From: an uncultured delta proteobacterium
Lineage (GTDB): Bacteria; Desulfobacterota; Desulfomonilia; UBA1062
Direction of reading: 5' to 3'
Length of the DNA stretch: 64,000 nt
Assembly: GCA_963798485.1 (NCBI GenBank)
Contig: CAWCTR010000010.1
Coordinates: forward strand, 10,061 to 74,060
This document shows, piece by piece, positions 15,222-22,694 of this stretch (its first letter is position 1; each line of letters begins with the position of its first letter). The notes under the pieces were generated by a model. That model was not told the DNA's origin, ran no database searches, and worked only from the letters and a program-made list of their open reading frames with translations. A program made the translations under genes and the position numbers.

Positions 15222-16685
15222 ATGACAATGACCGCTGCTCATCTGGTGCACGATGTCTGGCATATCGCTGCTATCGGACTTGGGTTGCTTCTTTCTGTAT
15301 GTGCGACCGGACACGTAGTTCTCTACAAACGCGATTCGCGCTCCGCCATCGCGTGGGTGGGTTTCGTTTGGCTCGTGCCCCTCATCGGGGCTGTCATGTA
15401 CTTCTTTTTCGGAGTGAATCGCATTCGCCGTAAGGCCTTTCTGCTGAGAAGAGACCTGGAGCGGTACCGGGCAGAAGCCACTCAACTGGAATGTATGCCG
15501 GAAGAGTTGCAGCGACATCTGCCGGATCACGGAGGATATCTCGAGATGCTGGCCCGGGTCGTTGGAGGTGTGGTGGAGCGGCCCTTATTGCCGGGGAACC
15601 GGATCGATCCGTTGGTGAACGGAGATGAAGCCTATCCGGCCATGCTTGAGGCGATCCAAAACGCGAGGCAGACAGTATCTTTTGTGACCTATATCTTTGA
15701 TCGGGACGAAGTCGGGATGGCCTTTGCGCATGCGTTCGGCGAGGCTGTGCGCCGGGGCGTGGCAGTGAGGGTGCTGATTGACGCAACGGGGACTCATTAT
15801 TCCTGGCCCTCCATTCTCCACACGCTGCAGCGGGAGGGGGTGAAGCATGCACGGTTTCTCCCGCCTTTTGCTTTGTTGCATCCGATGTCGGTCAACATGC
15901 GCACACACAGGAAGATCCTGGTGGCGGATGGGCGCGTGGGATTTACCGGCGGCATGAATATTCGAGTGGGGAACTGCCTTCAAGCCCGACCGAAAAACCC
16001 GGTGCAGGACATCCATTTCCGCGTGAAGGGCCCTGTGGTGACCCAGCTCCAGGAAGTATTCATTGATGATTGGCTTTTCACGACCGGTGAATCTTTGCGC
16101 GGTGAAAAATGGTTTCCACAAACCGAAAGCGCGGGGCAGGTGTTGGCGCGGGGCGTTACCGACGGTCCGGATGAGAATTTCGAGAAACTTCGTTGGACGC
16201 TGTTGGGAGCATTGTCGATTGCCCGCCGTTCTGTTCGTATCATGACTCCCTATTTTCTGCCCGACCCTGCAGTGGTTTCCGCTCTGAATCTGGCAGCAAT
16301 GCGGGGTGTTCAGGTCGATATCATTTTGCCTGCACAGATCAACCTGCCCTTCGTCCTGTGGGCCTCACGGGCGATGTGGTGGCAAGTGCTCCAGCATGGA
16401 TGCCGGATATGGCTGACCCCGCCTCCATTCGATCACTCCAAACTCATGCTGGTGGATGGCTGTTGGGTTCTGTTGGGCTCGGCCAACTGGGATGCCCGGA
16501 GCCTGCGCCTCAACTTCGAGTTCAACGTGGAATGTTACGACGTCAAGCTTGCCACGTGGCTTGATCAGTGGGTTGAGACGAAACGGAAGAGCGCCCGTCC
16601 CGTGACGTTAGAGGAGGTCGATGGCCGCTCACTGCCCGCCCGCCTGCGCGACGGTATCGCGCGATTGCTCACGCCGTACTTATAG
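15222..16685 (+). CDS. cls: Cardiolipin synthase (phospholipase D superfamily)
   Basis: Two N-terminal TM helices, YFFFGVNRIRRKA, and two HKD motifs (HRKILVADG and HSKLMLVDG). Confidence 0.9.
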   Translation: MTMTAAHLVHDVWHIAAIGLGLLLSVCATGHVVLYKRDSRSAIAWVGFVWLVPLIGAVMYFFFGVNRIRRKAFLLRRDLERYRAEATQLECMPEELQRHLPDHGGYLEMLARVVGGVVERPLLPGNRIDPLVNGDEAYPAMLEAIQNARQTVSFVTYIFDRDEVGMAFAHAFGEAVRRGVAVRVLIDATGTHYSWPSILHTLQREGVKHARFLPPFALLHPMSVNMRTHRKILVADGRVGFTGGMNIRVGNCLQARPKNPVQDIHFRVKGPVVTQLQEVFIDDWLFTTGESLRGEKWFPQTESAGQVLARGVTDGPDENFEKLRWTLLGALSIARRSVRIMTPYFLPDPAVVSALNLAAMRGVQVDIILPAQINLPFVLWASRAMWWQVLQHGCRIWLTPPPFDHSKLMLVDGCWVLLGSANWDARSLRLNFEFNVECYDVKLATWLDQWVETKRKSARPVTLEEVDGRSLPARLRDGIARLLTPYL

Positions 16686-16724
16686 TCCGGAACTTATGTG
16701 TGGCGCGGGCATATCCATCTGAAT

Positions 16725-16783
16725 AAATGGGGTCAGGCAAGAAAGGCAAGAAAAGGGGCAAGAAAAGGGGACAGATTTATTTT
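16725..16783 (+). repeat. Partial D-module + tandem stutter + B-module
   Basis: AAATGGGGTCAG, then GCAAGAAAG GCAAGAAAAGGG GCAAGAAAA, then GGGGACAGATTTATTTT. Confidence 0.85.
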
Positions 16784-16850
16784 CCGGTCTATTCTCCCGG
16801 GTTTAATTTTTGTGGAGTGCCGGAACCCTTGAGGAGATACAGTATTTATC

Positions 16851-16920
16851 GGGTCAGAGACCATTTACGCCATTTACAGAAATAGGAGTCAGAGGCCATT
16901 TATGCACTGACCCCTATTTC
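16851..16920. repeat. D-module, then an inverted pair of D-type arms
   Basis: GGGTCAGAGACCATTT (16851-16866) with CCATTTAC duplicated. GAAATAGGAGTCAG (16879-16892) and CTGACCCCTATTTC (16907-16920) are inverted repeats. Confidence 0.8.
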
Positions 16921-16957
16921 CATTATCACCCCTTCTTTTCCTTACGCGGTCCTTCCT

Positions 16958-17407
16958 TTAGTGTCTATCGCGTCCCTGTTGTCCATGTCCCTGGAAGTGA
17001 CGGCTGGGGATGCGTTGGTAGTTCCATGAGCGGCCGTGCCAGCTATGGGCTCTGTAATAGCCTCTCCAGCCTGGGTCCACATGATTGTAGAACCTTGGGA
17101 CTCTGTTGTAATAGGCCCAGCCCCGATCGTAATAATGGGAGCGATACCAGCGACCTTCATAGGGACGCCACCACCAGCCGTTCCAGAAAAACAGCTCGAC
17201 GTTGACATCAGGGGCCACGTAAACTCGGTCTGTATCCGGTATATCCACCAGATCCGGAGGTCCCGGAGGTCCCGGAGGTCCTCCTCCGACTCCGATTACT
17301 ATAGGAGGCAGACCGATGTTTATACCCACCCTTACCCCTGCCATTGCAGGGATAGGGGTGATAATCACTAATGCCAGCAATATTGTTAACAGATATAGTT
17401 TTTTCAT
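16958..17407 (-). CDS. Secreted Trp/Tyr/Arg-rich protein with GPP repeats, function unknown
   Basis: GGAGGAG RBS before ATG 17407. Signal peptide MKKLYLLTILLALVIITPIPAMA. GGGPPGPPGPPD, then FFWNGWWWRPYEGRWYRSHYYDRGWAYYNR. Confidence 0.65.
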   Translation of the reverse strand: MKKLYLLTILLALVIITPIPAMAGVRVGINIGLPPIVIGVGGGPPGPPGPPDLVDIPDTDRVYVAPDVNVELFFWNGWWWRPYEGRWYRSHYYDRGWAYYNRVPRFYNHVDPGWRGYYRAHSWHGRSWNYQRIPSRHFQGHGQQGRDRH

Positions 17408-17496
17408 GTGTTTCTCCTCCGTGTAATTTTCGATTGTTTTATAATTTAGATGACGAGTGAAGCACCTTTGTTGTCTACATTGGTAATAATGGTGTA

Positions 17497-17569
17497 AGAG
17501 GCCATTTTGATCTGTCCCCATTTTTTGTGATAGGTTGGTATGACTGGCGGGGAAATGGGGTCCATTTAT
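17497..17569. repeat. Fragments of D- and B-modules
   Basis: agaggccatttt + gatctgtccccatttttt (17497-17526), and AAATGGGGTCCATTTAT (17553-17569). Confidence 0.6.
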
Positions 17570-17589
17570 AATGCAGGAGAATTGAGTCT

Positions 17590-18081
17590 ATGGTCACAAC
17601 AGAAGAGCGCACCGAGCTTTTGGAAATGGTGAGGGAGCTTGCAAACAGCTCTCCTTACTATCGTCATGTACAGATGCAGGTAGTAGGGTTCACTCAGCAG
17701 GGATGTATCATGAACATGATCGTAGAGCACCAGCATACAAACCTCTATGGCAACACTCATGGTGGGGCTGTTGCATCGCTGGCAGACTCCACCTGTGGAA
17801 TATCGCTTGCAGTGGCACTCGAACGTAATGAATATGCCATGACCCAGCACCTTGATGTAAGTTATCTTAAGCCCTCTACCAAAGGCATATTGCGTGCTGA
17901 AGGGAGATTGCTCTCGCGCGGCAGGAATTCAGCAGTACTTGAGGCGGATATCTTCAATGAATCAGGTGAAAAGGTTGCACACGCACATACTGTCCACAGT
18001 ATTCGCAAGAGGCCGGGCGGGTATATTCCAGAGGACTCTAAAGATATTAATGATAGTAAAGACAAGGGAGAAAATGCCTAA
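17590..18081 (+). CDS. PaaI-family hotdog-fold acyl-CoA thioesterase
   Basis: NLYGNTHGGAVASLADSTCGISLAVAL ... GRLLSRGRNSAVLEADIF. Confidence 0.85.
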   Translation: MVTTEERTELLEMVRELANSSPYYRHVQMQVVGFTQQGCIMNMIVEHQHTNLYGNTHGGAVASLADSTCGISLAVALERNEYAMTQHLDVSYLKPSTKGILRAEGRLLSRGRNSAVLEADIFNESGEKVAHAHTVHSIRKRPGGYIPEDSKDINDSKDKGENA

Positions 18082-18098
18082 ATCCGGGGACACCATAC
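18081..18098 (+). repeat. A-module solo copy touching the stop codon
   Basis: cctAAATCCGGGGACACCATAC. The same cctaaatcc lead-in is seen at 2129. Confidence 0.85.
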
Positions 18099-18315
18099 TG
18101 GGTTTATATTGTCGAGTTCACCAAAACCGTTCCCGATTCCCTCTTAATCAACGTGAAAGAAATCCGTACACCTTCCCCTTGGGCATTTCCTTGATCCGCC
18201 TGAAGAACTCCGTCTCCGTGATCTGCATGGGCCAGTCGTGGTTGGTGGAGAGCATTATCAGGAATAACTGCAGACAGTAACTCCGGTGTAATCCGGATGA
18301 AGATAGGGAGATAAC

Positions 18316-18729
18316 ATGTCAATGGTAAAAATGTTCCGATGTCTCTGCCTGGCGGTTTCCATGGTAGGTATTTCCACGGGTGTGCTTTTTGGGCTCACTA
18401 TTGCAAATGTCCCGCGCATCGATAAGGAGGAATTACGGAAGCTGCTGGACAATCCCGATGTGATCGTCCTTGATGTGCGCATCCAGTCTGAGTGGGAACA
18501 AAGCGCATTCAAGATAAAAGGGGCTGTACGTCTGGAGAGTGTCGATGAAGTGGCCGGGGTAACGTATCCGAAGGACAAGACCCTTGTCCTCTACTGTGCC
18601 TGACCGCATGAAGCCACGAGTGCCAGGCTGGCACCCATACTGATATCAAAGGGCTACAATAAGGTCTACGTACTAAAGGGAGGCTGGAATGAGTGGTATG
18701 ATTCCGGCTATCCTGTTGAAAAGAAATGA
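18316..18729 (+). CDS. Membrane-anchored rhodanese-domain protein with in-frame UGA (Sec) at 18601-18603
   Basis: The track ORF stops at TGA 18601, right inside the rhodanese active-site loop (LVLYCA-U-PHEATSAR). Reading through gives the rest of the domain (LAPILISKGYNKVYVLKGGWNEWYDSGYPVEKK*) in the same frame, ending at TGA 18727-18729. Confidence 0.75.
18620..18634 (+). promoter_or_regulatory. SECIS-like hairpin downstream of UGA 18601-18603
   Basis: GTGCCA ggc TGGCAC (6 bp stem, G-containing loop), 16 nt after the UGA. Confidence 0.45.
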
Positions 18730-18783
18730 ATAGTTTTTAAATTGTTCAAAGGAAATCCGTGGTGCCAAGATTCCCCTTAGTAT

Positions 18784-19479
18784 TCATTTTTTAAGAAGTG
18801 CCATGTATTCTTGAGGGGATACGTTTTTTATCCGGACTGTCGGTCCATAAAGAACCTCTTTACGTGGTCCCGGGGGTCTGCAGGGGGGGTCATTGACCTC
18901 ACCGCGGTGGACGAGCTTCAACGAGTGGGTCGGGCACTTGTACACACAGACGCCACATCCGATGCACAAGGTTGTGTCCGGAATAGCGGCTTTCCCTTTC
19001 TTGTTCCCGGCTTGCCCCGAATCTTCAAGGCGCAGGGCCTCCATGGGACATCGTTTTACGCAAAGCCCGCAGGCCTTGCAGGTTTCTGGGTTGGTCCGGA
19101 TCAGATAATTTGATGCATCCATACTCTTCGTGTGTTTCAGGACGTGGAAGCTCTCGAACCACATGCAGCAGCACTTACAGCAGTTGCAGATCGTATCCAC
19201 TCCTTTGACCCAGTTTGAGACCCCATGGACCAACCCTTCGTCAGCCGCCCGGCGCAGGATGGTATGCGCCTCTTCGCGGGAGATCTCCATTCCGAGGCCG
19301 TTGGTTACCATATAATGTACACGAGAGCCGAAATGGAGACAGTTCTCGGTGGAGTACGTGTAGTCAGGCGTTGCAGGGTCCAGGTTCTTGCGATGGCGGC
19401 AGGGACAGACAGCGACGCAGAAATAGTCCTGAGAGTCCATCACATTGGCAACATCTTCATAGGGAAGGACCTTGTGCAT
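18784..19479 (-). CDS. 4Fe-4S dicluster / Cys-rich Fe-S protein (appears to lack the N-terminal region of longer relatives)
   Basis: CPCRHRKN, ICNCCKCCCMWF, CKACGLCVKRCP and CIGCGVCVYKCP motifs. Confidence 0.8.
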   Translation of the reverse strand: MHKVLPYEDVANVMDSQDYFCVAVCPCRHRKNLDPATPDYTYSTENCLHFGSRVHYMVTNGLGMEISREEAHTILRRAADEGLVHGVSNWVKGVDTICNCCKCCCMWFESFHVLKHTKSMDASNYLIRTNPETCKACGLCVKRCPMEALRLEDSGQAGNKKGKAAIPDTTLCIGCGVCVYKCPTHSLKLVHRGEVNDPPCRPPGPRKEVLYGPTVRIKNVSPQEYMALLKK

Positions 19480-19547
19480 GCTGTCTGCATGGATGGTTTC
19501 TTCGAGTTTATCTCAACGGAATATTATCTTATATGGCCTGCGCTTTG

Positions 19548-20318
19548 TCATTGGCCCACAGGACACGACAGGTAACACTTGAAACAATAGTATTCAAAAC
19601 CGATGAACGCCGATTGGTACAGGCTCATATACTTGGGGCTCATCATCATCTTCTTCTGTTCATCAGGACTGCTGTCGATGAATTTCATCCAGAACCTGAT
19701 ATTGCCCCCCAGGCCGTTCGGCTGGGAGTGTTTCATGCATTTGAATTCATCGGTCTTCCCTTCCTCATCCAAGGCCCGGCCCGGACAATTCTCCACGCAG
19801 ACATTGCACTGTATGCAGAGATCCTCGGTCACTTTCGGGTCACCAGGCAGCTCCAGCTCGGTCAGGATCGTTGAAAAGATCACCCGGGAACCCAGCCTCG
19901 GATGGATCACCAGGTTGTGCCTCCCGAAATTTCCTAATCCTGCCGCTACGGCTGCATGCCGCTGGGAGAAGTCGGCTACAAGGCCGAACCTGTTCTCAGG
20001 CTGCATGTTCAAAGGGTATGACAACGGTGTGGACATTGCCTTGGTACCACACTCCTTCTCGATGAACCGTGAGGCCTTATAGTTGCATGACCTGGCGAAT
20101 TCCATTGAGTCGAGCCTGCCGCCCATGGCGATCCGCTGGTTGTCGCTCTCGCAGTTGGACAACTCCCTGTAGGCCATGACGACCAGACTTTTTGCCTTGG
20201 GAAAGATCGAATCGACACTGGGGGACAGGGGGCTGTTATAATCGGATACGGCTCCGAACCCCACATCCTCCACGCCAAGGTCCAGCACGAATTTCTTTAT
20301 TTTTTCCTTCATGTTCAA
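19548..20318 (-). CDS. QueG / reductive-dehalogenase-superfamily-like Fe-S protein
   Basis: HAAVAAGLGNFGRHNLVIHPRLGSRVIFSTILTELEL ... CIQCNVCVENCPGRAL. Confidence 0.75.
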   Translation of the reverse strand: MNMKEKIKKFVLDLGVEDVGFGAVSDYNSPLSPSVDSIFPKAKSLVVMAYRELSNCESDNQRIAMGGRLDSMEFARSCNYKASRFIEKECGTKAMSTPLSYPLNMQPENRFGLVADFSQRHAAVAAGLGNFGRHNLVIHPRLGSRVIFSTILTELELPGDPKVTEDLCIQCNVCVENCPGRALDEEGKTDEFKCMKHSQPNGLGGNIRFWMKFIDSSPDEQKKMMMSPKYMSLYQSAFIGFEYYCFKCYLSCPVGQ

Positions 20319-20349
20319 TCTCCCTTCTTTGTCTTCATTGGCGCAGATA

Positions 20350-20363
20350 ATACCAATCGGTAT
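20350..20363. promoter_or_regulatory. TetR-type operator palindrome upstream of the Fe-S gene pair
   Basis: ATACCAATCGGTAT, 32 nt upstream of ATG 20318. It is one mismatch from the perfect palindrome at 21001-21014. Confidence 0.6.
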
Positions 20364-20381
20364 ATTTCTGCTGAAAAAAAT

Positions 20382-20975
20382 TTACTCCCTGAGCTCATCA
20401 TTGATCTTGCCTACAAGGTAAGATACATTTCTTTCCAGATGAATCCTCGAACCCGTGACCTTCGAGAGCATGATGCCGCCTTCGATGAGGGAAACAAAAT
20501 ATGTTGCAAAGGCATCAGGATTCACGCCCGCCTTGATCTCGCTTCTTTTTATACCCCTCTTGACGATCGTGCTTATGGAGTTCATCCAGCTCTCGAGCGA
20601 CCGGATTACGACGTCCCGCAACGGAAGCTCGCTGTTGTCGGAGTCTATGGCGGCGTTCAGGATCGGGCACCCGCCGCTTTGTGAAACGGTATCAAAAGCT
20701 TCTTTGTAGAATTGGGCGAATGCCACCAATTTGTCACAGTTATTTTTTATGGATTTGAGAGTATTTGCTATTTCGTTTGATATCCTGGAGATATTGTATT
20801 CAAGGGCAGCCAGGGCAATTTCGTCCTTGTTTTTAAAATTACCGTAAAGGGCGCCTTTTGTGAGCCCGATGGCGTCCGTCAACTGCGACATGGAAGTGCC
20901 TGCATACCCATGCATGTTGAAAACAGGTGCAACCTTCTCGATGATATATCTTTTAGTATCGTCTGCTTTTCTCAT
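20382..20975 (-). CDS. TetR/AcrR family transcriptional regulator
   Basis: N-terminal HTH FNMHGYAGTSMSQLTDAIGLTKGALYGNFKNKDEIA. Confidence 0.9.
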   Translation of the reverse strand: MRKADDTKRYIIEKVAPVFNMHGYAGTSMSQLTDAIGLTKGALYGNFKNKDEIALAALEYNISRISNEIANTLKSIKNNCDKLVAFAQFYKEAFDTVSQSGGCPILNAAIDSDNSELPLRDVVIRSLESWMNSISTIVKRGIKRSEIKAGVNPDAFATYFVSLIEGGIMLSKVTGSRIHLERNVSYLVGKINDELRE

Positions 20976-21000
20976 GACAACCGACCAGTGTCCATTAAAT

Positions 21001-21014
21001 ATACCGATCGGTAT
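21001..21014. promoter_or_regulatory. TetR-type operator, perfect 14-bp palindrome upstream of tetR
   Basis: ATACCGATCGGTAT, 26 nt upstream of ATG 20975. Confidence 0.6.
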
Positions 21015-21077
21015 CTTTTGTAAAGAAAATAAATAACAGGGATCACGACATACGCCAACAATCGCACGGTTTTCTTC

Positions 21078-21890
21078 TCAGCTCACGGTCTCTGCACTGT
21101 AGCGGGCAATGAGGCCGGTACGCACAGCGTGACGGTAGGTGCGGGTAAAGAAAAAGCCCGCAAGAAGGATATATAAACCGGCAAGGCTCCCGCCCCAGAG
21201 AAGAACGGCTCCGGATACCGATCCGCCTGAGATGATAGACCGCATGCCTTCAAACACGTACGCAGGAGGGAGCAGATACGATACATACTGCATCCAATGA
21301 GGGAGCGTGGAAAGCGGGTAAAACACCCCCGCAAAGGGCGAGATGAGTGCAGGAATGGGCCACACGAACCACTCTGCCGAAGGCCCGAGCCGGAGCACCC
21401 CGGCACACGCAAAGATGCCCAGCGCAATGCCGAACAGGAAAAGCACAAGAAGGAACGCGAAGAGCGTGATCCCGTAGATGAAGAAGGAGAGGCCGAAAAC
21501 TATCAAAGCCAGGGCGAGCATTACTATGAGCCCTATCGTGCTTGTGGCAATGCTCGACAGCACAAGGCCGGTTATGTATTCGGTGATGGAAAGGGGAGTG
21601 GCAAAGAAGTTGAGGAAGTTGCGCGACCACACATCCTCGAAAAAGGCCATGGTCACGCCCTGCATAACCCGGATAAAGAAGTCCCACAGGAGCACGGCCC
21701 CCAGGAGCCTCGGCACGAAATTGAAGCCGTTTGAGGAGACGGTATTGAGATATTTCGTGATGAATCCCCACAGTATGATGTCGATAGTCACCCAGGCAAA
21801 AAGGGGCATAACGCGCGAGAAGCTCCCGCGTATGAGATAGAACTGGCGGAGCACGATAGCAAAGATGCGGTTGTAGTTCATGGTGCTCAT
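21078..21890 (-). CDS. ABC-2 type transporter permease
   Basis: Six hydrophobic helices. 4-nt overlap with the upstream ATPase gene. Confidence 0.9.
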   Translation of the reverse strand: MSTMNYNRIFAIVLRQFYLIRGSFSRVMPLFAWVTIDIILWGFITKYLNTVSSNGFNFVPRLLGAVLLWDFFIRVMQGVTMAFFEDVWSRNFLNFFATPLSITEYITGLVLSSIATSTIGLIVMLALALIVFGLSFFIYGITLFAFLLVLFLFGIALGIFACAGVLRLGPSAEWFVWPIPALISPFAGVFYPLSTLPHWMQYVSYLLPPAYVFEGMRSIISGGSVSGAVLLWGGSLAGLYILLAGFFFTRTYRHAVRTGLIARYSAETVS

Positions 21891-22639
21891 TGCTCCTCAA
21901 GCGTGAGCGGTTCACGCGCCACGGTTATGAAAAGCTCTTCGAGCGTTTTCTTCCCGTGCTCCCGGGGCAGGGTCTTGGGATTACCTTCAAGCAGGATCTT
22001 TCCTTGAGAAAGAAAAAGCACACGGTCGCATACCTCTTCAACCTCGTACATATTGTGCGAGGTCCATAAAACACCCCCGGTTCCCTGTGCAGTGAACTCC
22101 TTTATTTTCACCCTGATTTCACGTGCCGTTGCAGGGTCGAGCGAGGCCGTCGGTTCGTCGAGGAGAAGGAGGTGAGGACTGTTGAGCAAGGCCTTGGCGA
22201 GGCCTACCCGTGTCTGTTCTCCCGAAGAGAGCACCCCGCACTTCACCTCTCGAAATGCCCCAAGATCGAACTGCATGAGGAGTTCTTCAATGCGTACCCG
22301 AAGATCCCTTACTCCATAGATAAGACCGAAGATACGCAGATTCTGATACACGGACAAGTTACCGGGCAGGGGCGCGTACACGGCCGCGAAGTTCGTGCGT
22401 TCGAGCGCATGGGACCGCCTTGTCCCTATGTCCATTCCTTCGATAAGGATAGTCCCGCAGCTCGGCTCCAAGACACCGAGGATCATGTTGATGGTCGTTG
22501 TCTTCCCGGCGCCGTTGGGGCCCAAGAGGCCTACGATCTCATTTGTGCCTACATCGAACGAGACGCCGTCTACGGCCGGCGTTTCACCGTAGAGCTTGCA
22601 CAGTGACGTTACCGAGAGCACTTTCACTGCAGAAGACAT
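21887..22639 (-). CDS. ABC transporter ATP-binding protein
   Basis: Walker A GPNGAGKTT, signature LSSGEQTRV, Walker B LLLLDEPT. Confidence 0.95.
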   Translation of the reverse strand: MSSAVKVLSVTSLCKLYGETPAVDGVSFDVGTNEIVGLLGPNGAGKTTTINMILGVLEPSCGTILIEGMDIGTRRSHALERTNFAAVYAPLPGNLSVYQNLRIFGLIYGVRDLRVRIEELLMQFDLGAFREVKCGVLSSGEQTRVGLAKALLNSPHLLLLDEPTASLDPATAREIRVKIKEFTAQGTGGVLWTSHNMYEVEEVCDRVLFLSQGKILLEGNPKTLPREHGKKTLEELFITVAREPLTLEEQ

Positions 22640-22694
22640 TTCTTAGAAGTTCCCCCCTTTCGCGTTGAAAAGCCCCCGGGCCTTAGATATTTCT

